The translations under genes were made by a program, and so were the position numbers. Under the pieces are notes generated by a model, which worked only from the letters and a program-made list of their open reading frames with translations, made no database searches and had not been told where the DNA came from. From Escherichia phage DCP2, in sequence record OR780565.1: a DNA stretch of 64,000 nucleotides; one strand, written 5' to 3'. Of the stretch, positions 18,532-28,741 are shown piece by piece (position 1 is the first letter of the stretch; the number at the start of each line of letters is the position of its first letter).

Positions 18532-18998
18532 ATTATGATAGATTTTATCCTTGCGATTTTGTGAATGGCCCTGGATGCAGGGTCGTTCTTTTCGTTACAG
18601 GTTGTTTGCATAAATGTGAAGGGTGTTATAATAAATCAACATGGAACGCTAGAAATGGCGTTCCATTCACTGGTGAAACGCTAGAACAATTAATTGAATG
18701 TTTGAATAATGATTATATAGAAGGATTAACTATAACTGGAGGAGACCCTCTTTATCCTGATAACCGAGATGTTGTTCATTGCATTGTTCAAACAGTAAAA
18801 AATCTTTATCCAAATAAAAGCATTTGGTTGTGGACAGGGTACAAGTTTGAAGATATTAAACAACTAGAAATGCTTAAATATGTTGATGTTATTATTGATG
18901 GGAAGTATGAGAAAAATCTTCCGACCAAAAAGCTGTGGCGAGGTTCAGATAATCAGCGACTTTGGTCAAATACCGATGGGGTGTGGAAACATGATTAA
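18528..18998 (+). CDS. nrdG: Anaerobic RNR activating enzyme (radical SAM)
   Basis: 156 aa; CLHKCEGC cluster motif; ATGA coupling to nrdD. Confidence 0.95.
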   Translation: MNYDRFYPCDFVNGPGCRVVLFVTGCLHKCEGCYNKSTWNARNGVPFTGETLEQLIECLNNDYIEGLTITGGDPLYPDNRDVVHCIVQTVKNLYPNKSIWLWTGYKFEDIKQLEMLKYVDVIIDGKYEKNLPTKKLWRGSDNQRLWSNTDGVWKHD

Positions 18999-19116
18999 AC
19001 TGAATTATATTATTGATACTATAAATGATATGATTTTTCATTTTGGTCCAGAATTTTATTCACAGTATAGTTTAGTACTTATCAATGCTTGGTTAATCAA
19101 TTAAAGGTAAAGGTAA

Positions 19117-19329
19117 ATGTATAAATTTCGTAAAGGTTTAGCTGATTTTCTTACAACTGTAACGTTCTTTTTGTTTATGGCAGTTGGTGCTATTTTTCTT
19201 ATTCCTTTTATTGCTATATTTTTCGTGATTAGTTTGATTTCTCCAGAAAAAGGCTTATCTTCTAGCGAGTTCAATGAGCGTCTGGATAAAATTACTAACA
19301 AGCTGAATGCTGCTCTTAGTAAGGAATAG
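19117..19329 (+). CDS. Hypothetical membrane protein, 70 aa
   Basis: ATG after aaaggtaaagg; hydrophobic core. Confidence 0.5.
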   Translation: MYKFRKGLADFLTTVTFFLFMAVGAIFLIPFIAIFFVISLISPEKGLSSSEFNERLDKITNKLNAALSKE

Positions 19330-19331
19330 TT

Positions 19332-19640
19332 GTGAAACAAAACAAGATTGAAGTCTATGGAATTCCAGATGAAGTAGGTCGTTGTCCTGGATGTCAATCA
19401 GTTACAAAACTTCTAAAGGAGCTCAATGCTCCTTTTACTTTCTATAAAGTTCTTACAAATAATGGTAAGATTGAGTATGATCGTCCGCTGATTGTATCTC
19501 TTGCTAAACGCGCTGGATTCACATCTCTTAACATTCGTTATCCAGTCATTTTCATCAATGATTCTAGACAAAAGAACATTAAACACTTCAAAGAAACTCT
19601 CATTTCACTTGGATATGATAGAGATATCATAGAAGACTAA
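19332..19640 (+). CDS. nrdH: Glutaredoxin-like protein NrdH
   Basis: 102 aa; CPGC redox motif near N-terminus; apparent GTG start. Confidence 0.8.
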   Translation: MKQNKIEVYGIPDEVGRCPGCQSVTKLLKELNAPFTFYKVLTNNGKIEYDRPLIVSLAKRAGFTSLNIRYPVIFINDSRQKNIKHFKETLISLGYDRDIIED

Positions 19641-19643
19641 GAC

Positions 19644-19660
19644 GGGCCCTCTGGGCCTTT
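19644..19660 (+). terminator. Weak hairpin (gggccc tct gggcc) plus T-rich tail
   Basis: Position immediately after nrdH. Confidence 0.4.
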
Positions 19661-19737
19661 CTTTCTCACATTCTGTATATTAACCATTCTAACTATCATT
19701 CACTTCTTATCATTCCCTAAAATAATTTTCACAAAGT

Positions 19738-19770
19738 TGTTTACAACAAGTTCAAACTGTGGTATTATTA
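19738..19770 (+). promoter_or_regulatory. T4-type early promoter
   Basis: GTTTAC then ctgtggtattattaac. Confidence 0.65.
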
Positions 19771-19798
19771 ACATATGAATTGCCTTTGAGGAATTGAT

Positions 19799-19981
19799 AT
19801 GGTTGTGGTTGATAAAGAAATTAAAAAGGGACAATATTATTTTATTAATGGTAATGTTGTTCGTGTTACTTACGTAAACGGTTTTGAAGTTTATTATCTT
19901 ATACTTAAGTTACATAAACAGATGATTTGTGACCGTGCTGTATTTAGTTCAGTTGCTAAGGAAATTAAACTCCATGGGTAA
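19799..19981 (+). CDS. Hypothetical protein, 60 aa
   Basis: ATG with SD gagga after the early promoter. Confidence 0.5.
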   Translation: MVVVDKEIKKGQYYFINGNVVRVTYVNGFEVYYLILKLHKQMICDRAVFSSVAKEIKLHG

Positions 19982-20267
19982 AACGTATCGTCGTAAAGAC
20001 TTGAAAGTTCGTGATTATGACTATTTCGGAAAGCGTAAAGCTCCTGATGGTGTAAGTCATAAAGATATGGTCGAAAACATTTTTCGCTCAGATAAATGGC
20101 GTAGAATGAAAGGCATTGATTCAGAAGTTAAAGATGAGCTAAATCGCCAATTACGTGGTGAAGTAAGAAAGTTGAAAAAATCAGTTTACATTGACGATGA
20201 TTTTGATTATAATATTTCTCAACGAGTTGCTAAACGTAAATCAAACGAGTGCTATCGTTACAGCTGA
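19974..20267 (+). CDS. Hypothetical basic protein, 97 aa
   Basis: ATG overlapping upstream 3' end; Arg/Lys-rich. Confidence 0.5.
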   Translation: MGKTYRRKDLKVRDYDYFGKRKAPDGVSHKDMVENIFRSDKWRRMKGIDSEVKDELNRQLRGEVRKLKKSVYIDDDFDYNISQRVAKRKSNECYRYS

Positions 20268-20274
20268 GGAAAAT

Positions 20275-20406
20275 ATGAATATCAAACGAATGCTTTTTAA
20301 GCAAGGGCTATATACTTTAAATGCTACTCCAAAAGGCGATACAACTAAGTGGTCAGTAAATGACTGGATTAAATTTATTGATGAAAATGGTAATTGGGAA
20401 ATTTAA
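20275..20406 (+). CDS. Hypothetical protein, 43 aa
   Basis: ATG with SD gagga. Confidence 0.35.
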   Translation: MNIKRMLFKQGLYTLNATPKGDTTKWSVNDWIKFIDENGNWEI

Positions 20407-20607
20407 ATGAATCCTGAATCTAAATTATCGCAGCGAATTGCTGAAGAACGCGCCAAATTTTTCCAGAACATGAAACACAATGGTATTGAGGATGAAGTTT
20501 TTCTAAATTGGTTCTGGAATAATAAGTATGCAGCATGTGAAGGAGCTTTGTCATTGTCAGTCGCAATGATGTACGAAGGCTGGAAGGGTGCCAAAAAGTT
20601 TAGCTAA
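20407..20607 (+). CDS. Hypothetical protein, 66 aa
   Basis: ATG adjacent to upstream stop; followed by a terminator. Confidence 0.5.
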   Translation: MNPESKLSQRIAEERAKFFQNMKHNGIEDEVFLNWFWNNKYAACEGALSLSVAMMYEGWKGAKKFS

Positions 20608-20625
20608 GGGCTTCGGCCCTTTTTG
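20607..20625 (+). terminator. Hairpin terminator
   Basis: aagggcttcggccctttttgg. Confidence 0.75.
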
Positions 20626-20659
20626 GATAATAAAATTTTAATGTAATTGAGGATAATGT

Positions 20660-20986
20660 ATGACTATTCAAATTAAAAACGCCATCAATTCTTATGCATA
20701 TGATAAAGTAGTTTCTTTGCTAGAAAAAGGCGATATTGTAACTCCTCAAATTTTGGATAAATGGGAAAAAGAGCTTCATCAGACGATGAAACAGAATGAT
20801 CAGAAAATTGGACGAAATACTATCCGTGAATTGTTGGTTCAATATATCTTGTCTGAATTTGACGTTAAAGCTTTTGGTGTAGAATCTAAAGCTTATCAAA
20901 AGCATGAAATTTCTGATAAAACTATTCGTCGTATGAAAAATCAACGCAAGAAAAAATTTGCTGATCTGAAAATTGCTAAGGTATGA
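20660..20986 (+). CDS. Hypothetical protein, 108 aa
   Basis: SD gaggataat. Confidence 0.55.
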   Translation: MTIQIKNAINSYAYDKVVSLLEKGDIVTPQILDKWEKELHQTMKQNDQKIGRNTIRELLVQYILSEFDVKAFGVESKAYQKHEISDKTIRRMKNQRKKKFADLKIAKV

Positions 20987-21204
20987 ATATGAACGAAGCT
21001 CTTATTAACGATTTGCGTCTTTCCGGATATGAAGTAAATACAAACGGCATTGGTTTAACTCAAATTGAAGGAAACGGATTCATCCTTGAGTATGAATTTA
21101 GCCAATGGTGGTTGTATGCTAATTACGGCAAACTGATTGAATATGTCGATCAATTTGATTCACTAGATGCAGCTCTTGAAGCGGCTAACTTAATGAATGC
21201 GTGA
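20983..21204 (+). CDS. Hypothetical protein, 73 aa
   Basis: ATGA overlap. Confidence 0.5.
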   Translation: MNMNEALINDLRLSGYEVNTNGIGLTQIEGNGFILEYEFSQWWLYANYGKLIEYVDQFDSLDAALEAANLMNA

Positions 21205-21286
21205 AATTGATTCATCCTCTATGCTTTAAGATAGATCTTCAAATATTATGATATAATAGATCTATGAATTGAGCTAAGAGGTGAAA

Positions 21287-21844
21287 ATGTCAGAAACTAA
21301 GCCTAAATATAATTACGTAAACAATAAAGAGCTTTTACAAGCTATTATTGATTGGAAAACAGAATTAGCAAATAATAAAGACCCAAATAAAGTAGTTCGT
21401 CAGAATGATACTATCGGATTAGCCATTATGCTTATTGCAGAAGGCTTATCTAAACGTTTCAACTTTTCAGGATACACCCAGTCTTGGAAACAAGAAATGA
21501 TTGCAGATGGTATAGAAGCTTCTATTAAGGGGCTTCATAATTTTGATGAAACGAAATATAAAAACCCACATGCATATATAACTCAAGCTTGTTTTAATGC
21601 ATTCGTCCAACGTATTAAAAAAGAACGTAAGGAAGTTGCAAAGAAATATAGTTACTTCGTTCACAATGTCTATGACAGTCGTGACGACGATATGGTTGCG
21701 TTAGTAGATGAAACTTTTATTCAAGACATCTACGATAAAATGACGCATTACGAAGAATCAACCTATAGAACACCAGGGGCTGAAAAGAAAAGTGTTGTAG
21801 ACGATTCTCCTAGTTTGGATTTTTTATATGAGGCTAACGATTAA
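21287..21844 (+). CDS. 55: Late-transcription sigma factor gp55
   Basis: 185 aa starting [11 protein letters not shown] as in T4 gp55 (recalled); SD aagagg. Confidence 0.95.
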
Positions 21845-22046
21845 CCTCTCCGGATTCTTGGAAGAAATACCTGAAGTTGAAGCTATTCCCTATTTACTTA
21901 AAATGTATCTCAGGGAAGTTTTAGCTCTTGACATTGATATTGATCCAGAAAATCCGTATGATACCGCTTTTAAATCTAATGGTGTAGAATTAAACTATCG
22001 GTATCATTTAACAGATGATGATTTTTATTTTATATTAGAGAAATAA
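21828..22046 (+). CDS. Hypothetical protein, 72 aa
   Basis: ORF overlapping the 3' end of gene 55 in another frame. Confidence 0.45.
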
Positions 22047-22047
22047 T

Positions 22048-22365
22048 ATGACTGATAAACCCGAAATTAATGATGAAGTGGAAAAGCTTATTTCTTCTAT
22101 TGAAGAAAAGAACCGTCTTGAAGCAGAAAGAAAAGCAAATAAGTTATTGTCTAAAAACAAACGCGAACTGAATCGTCTTTATAAGCACGCTCAGATCGCA
22201 GCTGAAAATAATAATTTTGCTCAATACGAATATGCTATCAAGAAAAGTCGGGATATTCTAAAACAGCCATATAACGATGAACTCATTAGTATTCTTTGGA
22301 AGACTACTAGATCGCAGATTGAGGATATGATTGATGCTTACACACGTAAAATTCAAGCGTCTTAA
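22048..22365 (+). CDS. Hypothetical protein, 105 aa
   Basis: ATG directly after upstream stop. Confidence 0.55.
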   Translation: MTDKPEINDEVEKLISSIEEKNRLEAERKANKLLSKNKRELNRLYKHAQIAAENNNFAQYEYAIKKSRDILKQPYNDELISILWKTTRSQIEDMIDAYTRKIQAS

Positions 22366-22537
22366 AATTAATGCAGGATTTACTGAATCTCTGAATGGTC
22401 ATCTTTGTGTGAAAATTTCTGAAAAAGAATACCATGATAGTTCAATTAAAGAAGTTAATCCTCCTATTGTAAGAGCAGACCCTAATATGAAAGTGTGGGT
22501 TGATTCTTATCAAGTCAAAAAATGGTGGCAACTGTGA
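22331..22537 (+). CDS. Hypothetical protein, 68 aa
   Basis: Overlapping ORF; start uncertain. Confidence 0.4.
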   Translation: MMLTHVKFKRLKINAGFTESLNGHLCVKISEKEYHDSSIKEVNPPIVRADPNMKVWVDSYQVKKWWQL

Positions 22538-22540
22538 AAG

Positions 22541-22714
22541 ATGAACACCCAGACTTCTGAAATAGATTATAATAAAATTCGTTCCTCTAAAGAGGAAATG
22601 ATGAGACGCTTTAAAGAGTCTCATGATAAAGCTAAAGCAGAAGGAACTATAAAATATAAGCGCATAAAATTTAAAAGTTCTAACGAGCCTCTGTATGGCG
22701 TATTATGTGGATAG
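22541..22714 (+). CDS. Hypothetical protein, 57 aa
   Basis: ATG after upstream stop; followed by hairpin ggagcttcggctcc. Confidence 0.4.
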   Translation: MNTQTSEIDYNKIRSSKEEMMRRFKESHDKAKAEGTIKYKRIKFKSSNEPLYGVLCG

Positions 22715-22780
22715 GAGCTTCGGCTCCTATATTGCTTTATAAATTTTTGGTAAAATAAACCAAAACAAAGAGGATATTAA

Positions 22781-23983
22781 ATGAAAGTATGTATTTTTAT
22801 GGCTCGAGGTCTTGAAGGTTGCGGTGTAACTAAATTTTCTCTTGAGCAGCGTGATTGGTTTATTAAAAATGGTCATGAAGTAACTTTGGTTTATGCTAAA
22901 GATAAATCATTTACCCGTAATTGCGCGCATGATTATAAGTCATTTTCAATTCCAGTTTTATTGGCAAAAGAATACGATAAAACACTTAAGCTGGTAAATG
23001 ATTGTGATATTCTAATTATCAATTCAGTTCCTGCTACTTCAGTAGAAGAAGACACAATTAATAACTATAAAAAAATTATTGATAACATTAAACCTTCGGT
23101 TCGTGTTGTAGTTTATCAACATGACCATTCTTCTCTTTCTTTACGTCGAAATTTGGGATTAGAAGAAACTGTTCGTCGAGCTGATGTTATTTTTAGCCAT
23201 TCTGATAATGGTGATTTTAATAAAGTTTTAATGAAAGAATGGTATCCGGAAACTGTTTCTTTGTTTGATGATATTGAAGAAGCACCGACCGTATATAACT
23301 TTCAGCCTCCTATGGATATTGCGAAGGTTCGATCAACCTACTGGAAAGATGTTTCTGAAATTAACATGAATATCAACCGTTGGATTGGTCGTACTACTAC
23401 ATGGAAAGGCTTTTATCAGATGTTTGATTTTCATGAAAAACATCTTAAACCTGCGGGATTGAGTACTATTATGGAAGGTCTGGAACGTTCTCCAGCGTTC
23501 ATTCCTATTAAAGAAAAAGGAATTCCATACGAGTATTATCGTCTTCATCAAGTAGACCAAATTAAAATTGCTCCTAATTTGCCAACGCAAATTCTCGATC
23601 GTTATGTAAATAGCGAAATGCTTGAACGCATGAGTAAATCCGGATTTGGTTATCAGCTGAGTAAATTAGATAAAAAATATCTACAACGTTCTTTAGAATA
23701 TACTCATCTCGAGCTTGGTGCATGTGGAACAATTCCGGTATTTTGGAAATCTACGGGCGAAAATTTAAAATTCCGTGTTGATAACACTCCATTAATTTCT
23801 CATGATAGCGGTATCGTTTGGTTTGATGAAAATGACATGGAATCAACATTTGAACGTATTAAAGAACTGTCATCTGATCGAGCTCTTTATGACCGTGAAC
23901 GTGAAAAAGCTTATGAATTTTTGTATCAGCATCAAGATTCAAGCTTCTGCTTTAAAGAACAGTTTGACATTATTACAAAATAA
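22781..23983 (+). CDS. agt: DNA alpha-glucosyltransferase
   Basis: 400 aa; length and position between 55 and 47 as in T4; SD aaagagga. Confidence 0.85.
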   Translation: MKVCIFMARGLEGCGVTKFSLEQRDWFIKNGHEVTLVYAKDKSFTRNCAHDYKSFSIPVLLAKEYDKTLKLVNDCDILIINSVPATSVEEDTINNYKKIIDNIKPSVRVVVYQHDHSSLSLRRNLGLEETVRRADVIFSHSDNGDFNKVLMKEWYPETVSLFDDIEEAPTVYNFQPPMDIAKVRSTYWKDVSEINMNINRWIGRTTTWKGFYQMFDFHEKHLKPAGLSTIMEGLERSPAFIPIKEKGIPYEYYRLHQVDQIKIAPNLPTQILDRYVNSEMLERMSKSGFGYQLSKLDKKYLQRSLEYTHLELGACGTIPVFWKSTGENLKFRVDNTPLISHDSGIVWFDENDMESTFERIKELSSDRALYDREREKAYEFLYQHQDSSFCFKEQFDIITK

Positions 23984-23984
23984 A

Positions 23985-24000
23985 GGGCTTCGGCCCTTTA
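23985..24000 (+). terminator. Hairpin terminator
   Basis: aagggcttcggcccttt. Confidence 0.7.
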
Positions 24001-24024
24001 GCTTTATACGGAGTTTGATATAAT
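23998..24024 (+). promoter_or_regulatory. Candidate MotA-dependent middle promoter
   Basis: tagctttat box about 12 bp upstream of TATAAT at 24019. Confidence 0.5.
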
Positions 24025-24163
24025 GATATTTCTTGGATATGTGATACTTTTTCTTGCATTTTATCTATTTGCTAGAGCATGTTGGATTGGGTTCTTTAGC
24101 ACTCCAGATGGATTTATTTCAATAATTTTATTTTGCATTTCAATGACGGTTCTTGATATATGA
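24023..24163 (+). CDS. Small hydrophobic protein, 46 aa
   Basis: ATG to stop overlapping the gene 47 start; two hydrophobic stretches. Confidence 0.4.
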   Translation: MIFLGYVILFLAFYLFARACWIGFFSTPDGFISIILFCISMTVLDI

Positions 24164-25179
24164 AAATTTTAAATTTAGGTGATTGGCATTTAGGCGTTAA
24201 AGCTGATGATGAGTGGATTCAATCAATCCAGTTGGATGGAATTAAGCAAGCGATAGAATATTCTAAGAAAAACGGAATTACTACATGGATTCAATACGGC
24301 GATATTTTTGATGTGCGAAAAGCAATCACACATAAAACTATGGAGTTCGCCCGTGAAATAGTTCAAATGCTTGATGATGCTGGTATTACCCTGCATACTG
24401 TTGTAGGAAACCATGATATGCACTTTAAAAATACTTTAACTCCAAATGCTTCTACTGAGCTTTTGGCTAAATATCCTAATGTTAAAGTATATGATAAGCC
24501 TACTACAGTAGATTTTGACGGATGTTTGATTGATTTAATTCCTTGGATGTGCGAAGAAAATACTGGTGAAATTCTTGAACACATCAAAACTTCATCTGCT
24601 TCTTTTTGTGTTGGTCACTGGGAACTGAATGGATTTTATTTTTATAAAGGAATGAAATCTCACGGCCTTGAACCTGATTTCCTTAAGACTTATAAAGAAG
24701 TGTGGTCTGGTCACTTCCATACTATCTCTGAGGCTGCTAACGTCAGATATATTGGGACACCATGGACACTAACTGCAGGTGACGAGAATGACCCTCGCGG
24801 GTTCTGGATGTTTGATACAGAAACAGAACGAATGGAATTTATTCCAAACAACACTACCTGGCATCGTCGAATTCATTATCCATTTAAGGGAAAAATTGAC
24901 TATAAAGATTTTACAAATCTGTCAGTACGTGTTATAGTAACTGAGGTAGACAAAAATCTGACAAAGTTCGAATCTGAACTAGAAAAAGTTGTGCATTCAT
25001 TACGAGTTGTGTCAAAGATTGATAACTCTGTCGAGTCAGATGATAGTGAAGAAGTTGAAGTTCAATCTCTTCAGACGTTGATGGAAGAATACATTAATGC
25101 AATTCCAGACATCACTGATTCTGACCGTGAAGCACTTATTCAATATGCAAATCAGTTATATGTAGAGGCAACACAATGA
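24160..25179 (+). CDS. 47: Recombination nuclease subunit gp47 (Mre11-like)
   Basis: 339 aa; phosphoesterase motifs GDWHLG and GNHD. Confidence 0.95.
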   Translation: MKILNLGDWHLGVKADDEWIQSIQLDGIKQAIEYSKKNGITTWIQYGDIFDVRKAITHKTMEFAREIVQMLDDAGITLHTVVGNHDMHFKNTLTPNASTELLAKYPNVKVYDKPTTVDFDGCLIDLIPWMCEENTGEILEHIKTSSASFCVGHWELNGFYFYKGMKSHGLEPDFLKTYKEVWSGHFHTISEAANVRYIGTPWTLTAGDENDPRGFWMFDTETERMEFIPNNTTWHRRIHYPFKGKIDYKDFTNLSVRVIVTEVDKNLTKFESELEKVVHSLRVVSKIDNSVESDDSEEVEVQSLQTLMEEYINAIPDITDSDREALIQYANQLYVEATQ

Positions 25180-25439
25180 CTTTTGATGAATTTAAAAATG
25201 TTATGATGAGTCAGCATTTTGAATGCGAAGTAAAAGATGATATTGGGCATAAAGAAATTATTGAATACTGGTTTGAACCACTAGAGGTTGAAGATAATTG
25301 TATTAAAAAGGTCACGGTCTGCACTGACTGGGCTGTATCTTTTAACTTCAACATTTTAGATAATGACACACCTAAATCATTACAAGATATGGCTGTATCT
25401 TGTATTAAGGATGCATACTGTGAAGTTTTCGACATTTGA
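25176..25439 (+). CDS. Hypothetical protein, 87 aa
   Basis: ATGA overlap with gene 47. Confidence 0.55.
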   Translation: MTFDEFKNVMMSQHFECEVKDDIGHKEIIEYWFEPLEVEDNCIKKVTVCTDWAVSFNFNILDNDTPKSLQDMAVSCIKDAYCEVFDI

Positions 25440-25626
25440 CATTAACGATGAATTCATAGCAAATATTGATTACACCGAAGAAGATTCTAGATATGTTGGA
25501 ATAATTTATATCACATCAAAAGCAGCACAAGGTGTTGTTTGCATGGCTGAATTTGATGAATACTTTTTAGATTATGATGATATGATAGAATGGTCTAAAA
25601 GATACATTAAAAGGAATCTTTTGTGA
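25411..25626 (+). CDS. Hypothetical protein, about 71 aa
   Basis: Start ambiguous (ATG at 25363 or 25411); stop overlaps gene 46 start. Confidence 0.4.
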   Translation: MHTVKFSTFDINDEFIANIDYTEEDSRYVGIIYITSKAAQGVVCMAEFDEYFLDYDDMIEWSKRYIKRNLL

Positions 25627-27305
25627 AGAATTTTAAACTAAACCGAGTTAGGTATCAAAATATAATGTCAGTAGGCGGAAATCCTATTGACATTCAACTA
25701 GATAAGGTTCAAAAAACTCTTATCACTGGACGAAATGGCGGTGGTAAGTCTACTATGTTAGAAGCCATCACATTTGGGCTTTTTGGCAAGCCATTTCGTG
25801 ATGTAAAGAAAGGTCAATTAATAAACAGCACAAATAAGAAAGAACTTTTAGTTGAACTGTGGATGGAATATGATGAGAAAAAGTACTATATCAAAAGAGG
25901 ACAAAAACCAAACGTTTTCGAAATCACCGTTAACGGTACACGTCTTAATGAATCTGCCAGCAGTAAAGATTTCCAAGCAGAATTTGAACAGCTTATCGGA
26001 ATGTCATACGCCAGTTTCAAACAGATCGTCGTACTCGGCACGGCTGGATATACCCCTTTTATGGGCCTATCCACTCCTGCAAGAAGAAAACTTGTCGAAG
26101 ACCTGCTCGAGGTAGGAACATTAGCTGAAATGGATAAGCTTAATAAAGCACTAATACGTGAATTAAATTCACAAAACCAAGTGCTTGATGTTAAAAAAGA
26201 TAGTATTATCCAACAAATTAAAATATATAACGATAATGTTGAACGACAGAAAAAATTGTCTGGTGACAACCTTACTCGTCTACAGAATATGTATGACGAT
26301 TTGGCAAAGGAAGCTAGAACGCTAAAATCGGAAATAGAAGAAGCTAATGAAAGATTAGTTAATATTGTTTTGGATGAAGACCCGACTGATGCATTTAATA
26401 AAATCGGCCAAGAAGCATTTTTAATTAAATCAAAAATTGACTCGTATAATAAAGTCATTAATATGTATCACGAAGGTGGATTATGTCCAACCTGTTTGTC
26501 ACAATTAAGTTCCGGTGATAAAGTTGTTTCTAAAATTAAAGATAAAGTTTCTGAATGCACGCATTCGTTTGAACAGCTTTCAACACACCGTGATAATTTA
26601 AAAGTTCTTGTTGACGAATACCGAGACAATATTAAAACCCAGCAGACGCTGGCAAATGATATTCGCAATAAAAAGCAATCCTTAATCACGACGGTAGATA
26701 AAGCTAAAAAAGTTAAAGCGGCTATAGAAAAAGCATCATCTGAGTTTATTGACCATGCTGATGAAATAGCACTGCTTCAAGAAGAACTTGATAAAATTGT
26801 TAAGACAAAAACTAATTTAGTAATGGAAAAATACCACAGAGGAATTTTGACTGACATGCTCAAAGATTCTGGTATTAAAGGTGCTATTATTAAAAAGTAC
26901 ATTCCATTATTTAATAAGCAGATTAACCATTATCTTAAAATAATGGAAGCGGATTATGTGTTTACATTAGATGAAGAATTTAATGAGACAATTAAATCCC
27001 GTGGTCGTGAAGATTTTAGTTATGCTTCATTTAGTCAAGGCGAAAAAGCACGAATTGATATTGCTCTTTTATTTACTTGGCGTGATATTGCTGAAAAAGT
27101 TTCAGGTGTTAAAATAAACACATTAATTCTTGATGAAGTTTTTGATTCAGCAACTGATGTTGAAGGTGTAAAAGCTATTTCAACTATTTTAGATAGTTTA
27201 AAAAATACTAATGTTTTTGTTATTTCGCATAGAGACCATGATCCGCAAGCATATGGTCAGCATCTTCAAATGAAGAAAGTTGGTCGGTTTACTGTAATGG
27301 TTTAA
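25623..27305 (+). CDS. 46: Recombination ATPase gp46 (Rad50/SbcC-like)
   Basis: 560 aa; Walker A GRNGGGKST; apparent GTG start overlapping upstream stop. Confidence 0.95.
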   Translation: MKNFKLNRVRYQNIMSVGGNPIDIQLDKVQKTLITGRNGGGKSTMLEAITFGLFGKPFRDVKKGQLINSTNKKELLVELWMEYDEKKYYIKRGQKPNVFEITVNGTRLNESASSKDFQAEFEQLIGMSYASFKQIVVLGTAGYTPFMGLSTPARRKLVEDLLEVGTLAEMDKLNKALIRELNSQNQVLDVKKDSIIQQIKIYNDNVERQKKLSGDNLTRLQNMYDDLAKEARTLKSEIEEANERLVNIVLDEDPTDAFNKIGQEAFLIKSKIDSYNKVINMYHEGGLCPTCLSQLSSGDKVVSKIKDKVSECTHSFEQLSTHRDNLKVLVDEYRDNIKTQQTLANDIRNKKQSLITTVDKAKKVKAAIEKASSEFIDHADEIALLQEELDKIVKTKTNLVMEKYHRGILTDMLKDSGIKGAIIKKYIPLFNKQINHYLKIMEADYVFTLDEEFNETIKSRGREDFSYASFSQGEKARIDIALLFTWRDIAEKVSGVKINTLILDEVFDSATDVEGVKAISTILDSLKNTNVFVISHRDHDPQAYGQHLQMKKVGRFTVMV

Positions 27306-27360
27306 TTTATAAGAGATTATGCTTTAATTTATTAGAGTATAATCTCTATGGAGGAAAAAC

Positions 27361-27549
27361 ATGGAATATTCAACTGGACAGCATCTATTAACTATTCCTG
27401 AAATAAAACGATATATTCTGAGAAATAATTTTTCTAATGAAGAGCATATAGTTACTGAATCTATGCTTAAGAATGCATTTAAATCAGAATATACGAAAAT
27501 AATGTCCAACAGAAATGAAGCTTGGACTGTTACTGATTATTATGACTAA
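27361..27549 (+). CDS. Hypothetical protein, 62 aa
   Basis: SD ggaggaaaaac. Confidence 0.55.
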   Translation: MEYSTGQHLLTIPEIKRYILRNNFSNEEHIVTESMLKNAFKSEYTKIMSNRNEAWTVTDYYD

Positions 27550-27558
27550 AGGTGTATT

Positions 27559-27948
27559 ATGACTAAAATTACTGTGAATTATACTGTTGATGTAAAAGAT
27601 ATTCAGCCAAAACACGTGCGTTCTGAATCAAATCCGCAAAACCAAAATAAAATTCGTCGAGCATGGGTTTTGTCTCTTTCTGATAACGCGATGGAAGTTA
27701 TTCAGAATAAAATTAAATCTGCACCTGCTCGTCATGCGTATTATGAAGCTATCGATCGTGAAGTGAGTGATAAATGGATTGAACTAATGCGCAAACATAC
27801 GACAGAATCTCTAAATGCTGGTGCTAAATTTATTATGACTTCATGTGGTGAACGCCTTGAAGACGATTATTGTGGTAATGCAGATGAACGTCTAATTGTT
27901 GCTGCTCAAATTGTTGCTGAAACAATTGCTGCTGATTTTAATCGTTAA
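27559..27948 (+). CDS. rpbA: RNA polymerase binding protein RpbA
   Basis: 129 aa; position upstream of gene 45 and length as in T4. Confidence 0.8.
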   Translation: MTKITVNYTVDVKDIQPKHVRSESNPQNQNKIRRAWVLSLSDNAMEVIQNKIKSAPARHAYYEAIDREVSDKWIELMRKHTTESLNAGAKFIMTSCGERLEDDYCGNADERLIVAAQIVAETIAADFNR

Positions 27949-27974
27949 TTGCTTTATTAAATTAGTTATAAAAT
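27947..27974 (+). promoter_or_regulatory. Candidate MotA-dependent middle promoter for gene 45
   Basis: aattgctttat box then tataaaat. Confidence 0.6.
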
Positions 27975-28003
27975 TAAATCTCATTTGAATTGAAGGAAAT
28001 TAC

Positions 28004-28690
28004 ATGAAACTGTCTAAAGATACTACTGCTCTGCTTAAAAATTTCGCTACTATTAACTCCGGTATTATGCTTAAATCCGGTCAATTTATTATGACTCGCG
28101 CGGTTAATGGTACTACTTATGCGGAAGCAAATATTTCTGACACTATTGATTTTGATGTAGCAATTTACGATTTGAACGGTTTTCTCGGTATTCTGTCCCT
28201 AGTTAATGATGATGCAGAAATTTCCCAGTCAGAAGATGGAAATATTAAAATTGCTGATGCTCGTTCAACAATTTTTTGGCCAGCAGCTGATCCGAGTACA
28301 GTAGTTGCTCCTAATAAACCAATTCCATTCCCAGTAGCATCTGTTGTTACTGAAATTAAAGCTGAAGACCTTCAACAGCTGTTGCGTGTATCTCGCGGTC
28401 TGCAGATTGATACAATTGCTATCACAGTAAAAGAAGGTAAAATCGTAATTAACGGTTTTAATAAAGTAGAAGATTCTGCTTTGACCCGTGTTAAATATTC
28501 TTTGACTCTTGGTGATTATGATGGTGAAAATACATTTAATTTCATTATCAATATGGCAAATATGAAAATGCAACCAGGAAATTATAAACTTCTGCTCTGG
28601 GCAAAAGGTAAACAAGGTGCTGCTAAATTTGAAGGTGAACATGCGAATTATGTAGTAGCTCTTGAAGCTGATTCTACCCACGACTTTTAA
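28004..28690 (+). CDS. 45: Sliding clamp gp45
   Basis: 228 aa; matches T4 gp45 as recalled. Confidence 0.95.
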   Translation: MKLSKDTTALLKNFATINSGIMLKSGQFIMTRAVNGTTYAEANISDTIDFDVAIYDLNGFLGILSLVNDDAEISQSEDGNIKIADARSTIFWPAADPSTVVAPNKPIPFPVASVVTEIKAEDLQQLLRVSRGLQIDTIAITVKEGKIVINGFNKVEDSALTRVKYSLTLGDYDGENTFNFIINMANMKMQPGNYKLLLWAKGKQGAAKFEGEHANYVVALEADSTHDF

Positions 28691-28693
28691 TAG

Positions 28694-28710
28694 AGGGCTT
28701 CGGCCCTTTA
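28694..28710 (+). terminator. Hairpin
   Basis: agggcttcggcccttta. Confidence 0.6.
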
Positions 28711-28741
28711 TAATTTACACTAAAACTTGAATGAGGAAATT

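Noticed and set aside
18880-19104. 74-aa plus-strand ORF overlapping the 3' end of nrdG
   Set aside because: Most of it is an alternative frame of nrdG; at best only the last 37 codons (from ATG 18991) could be a separate small gene, with no supporting RBS.
25886-26458. 190-aa minus-strand ORF
   Set aside because: Lies entirely antisense inside gene 46, which is strongly supported; no RBS; typical shadow ORF.
28265-28681. 138-aa minus-strand ORF
   Set aside because: Antisense within gene 45; shadow ORF.
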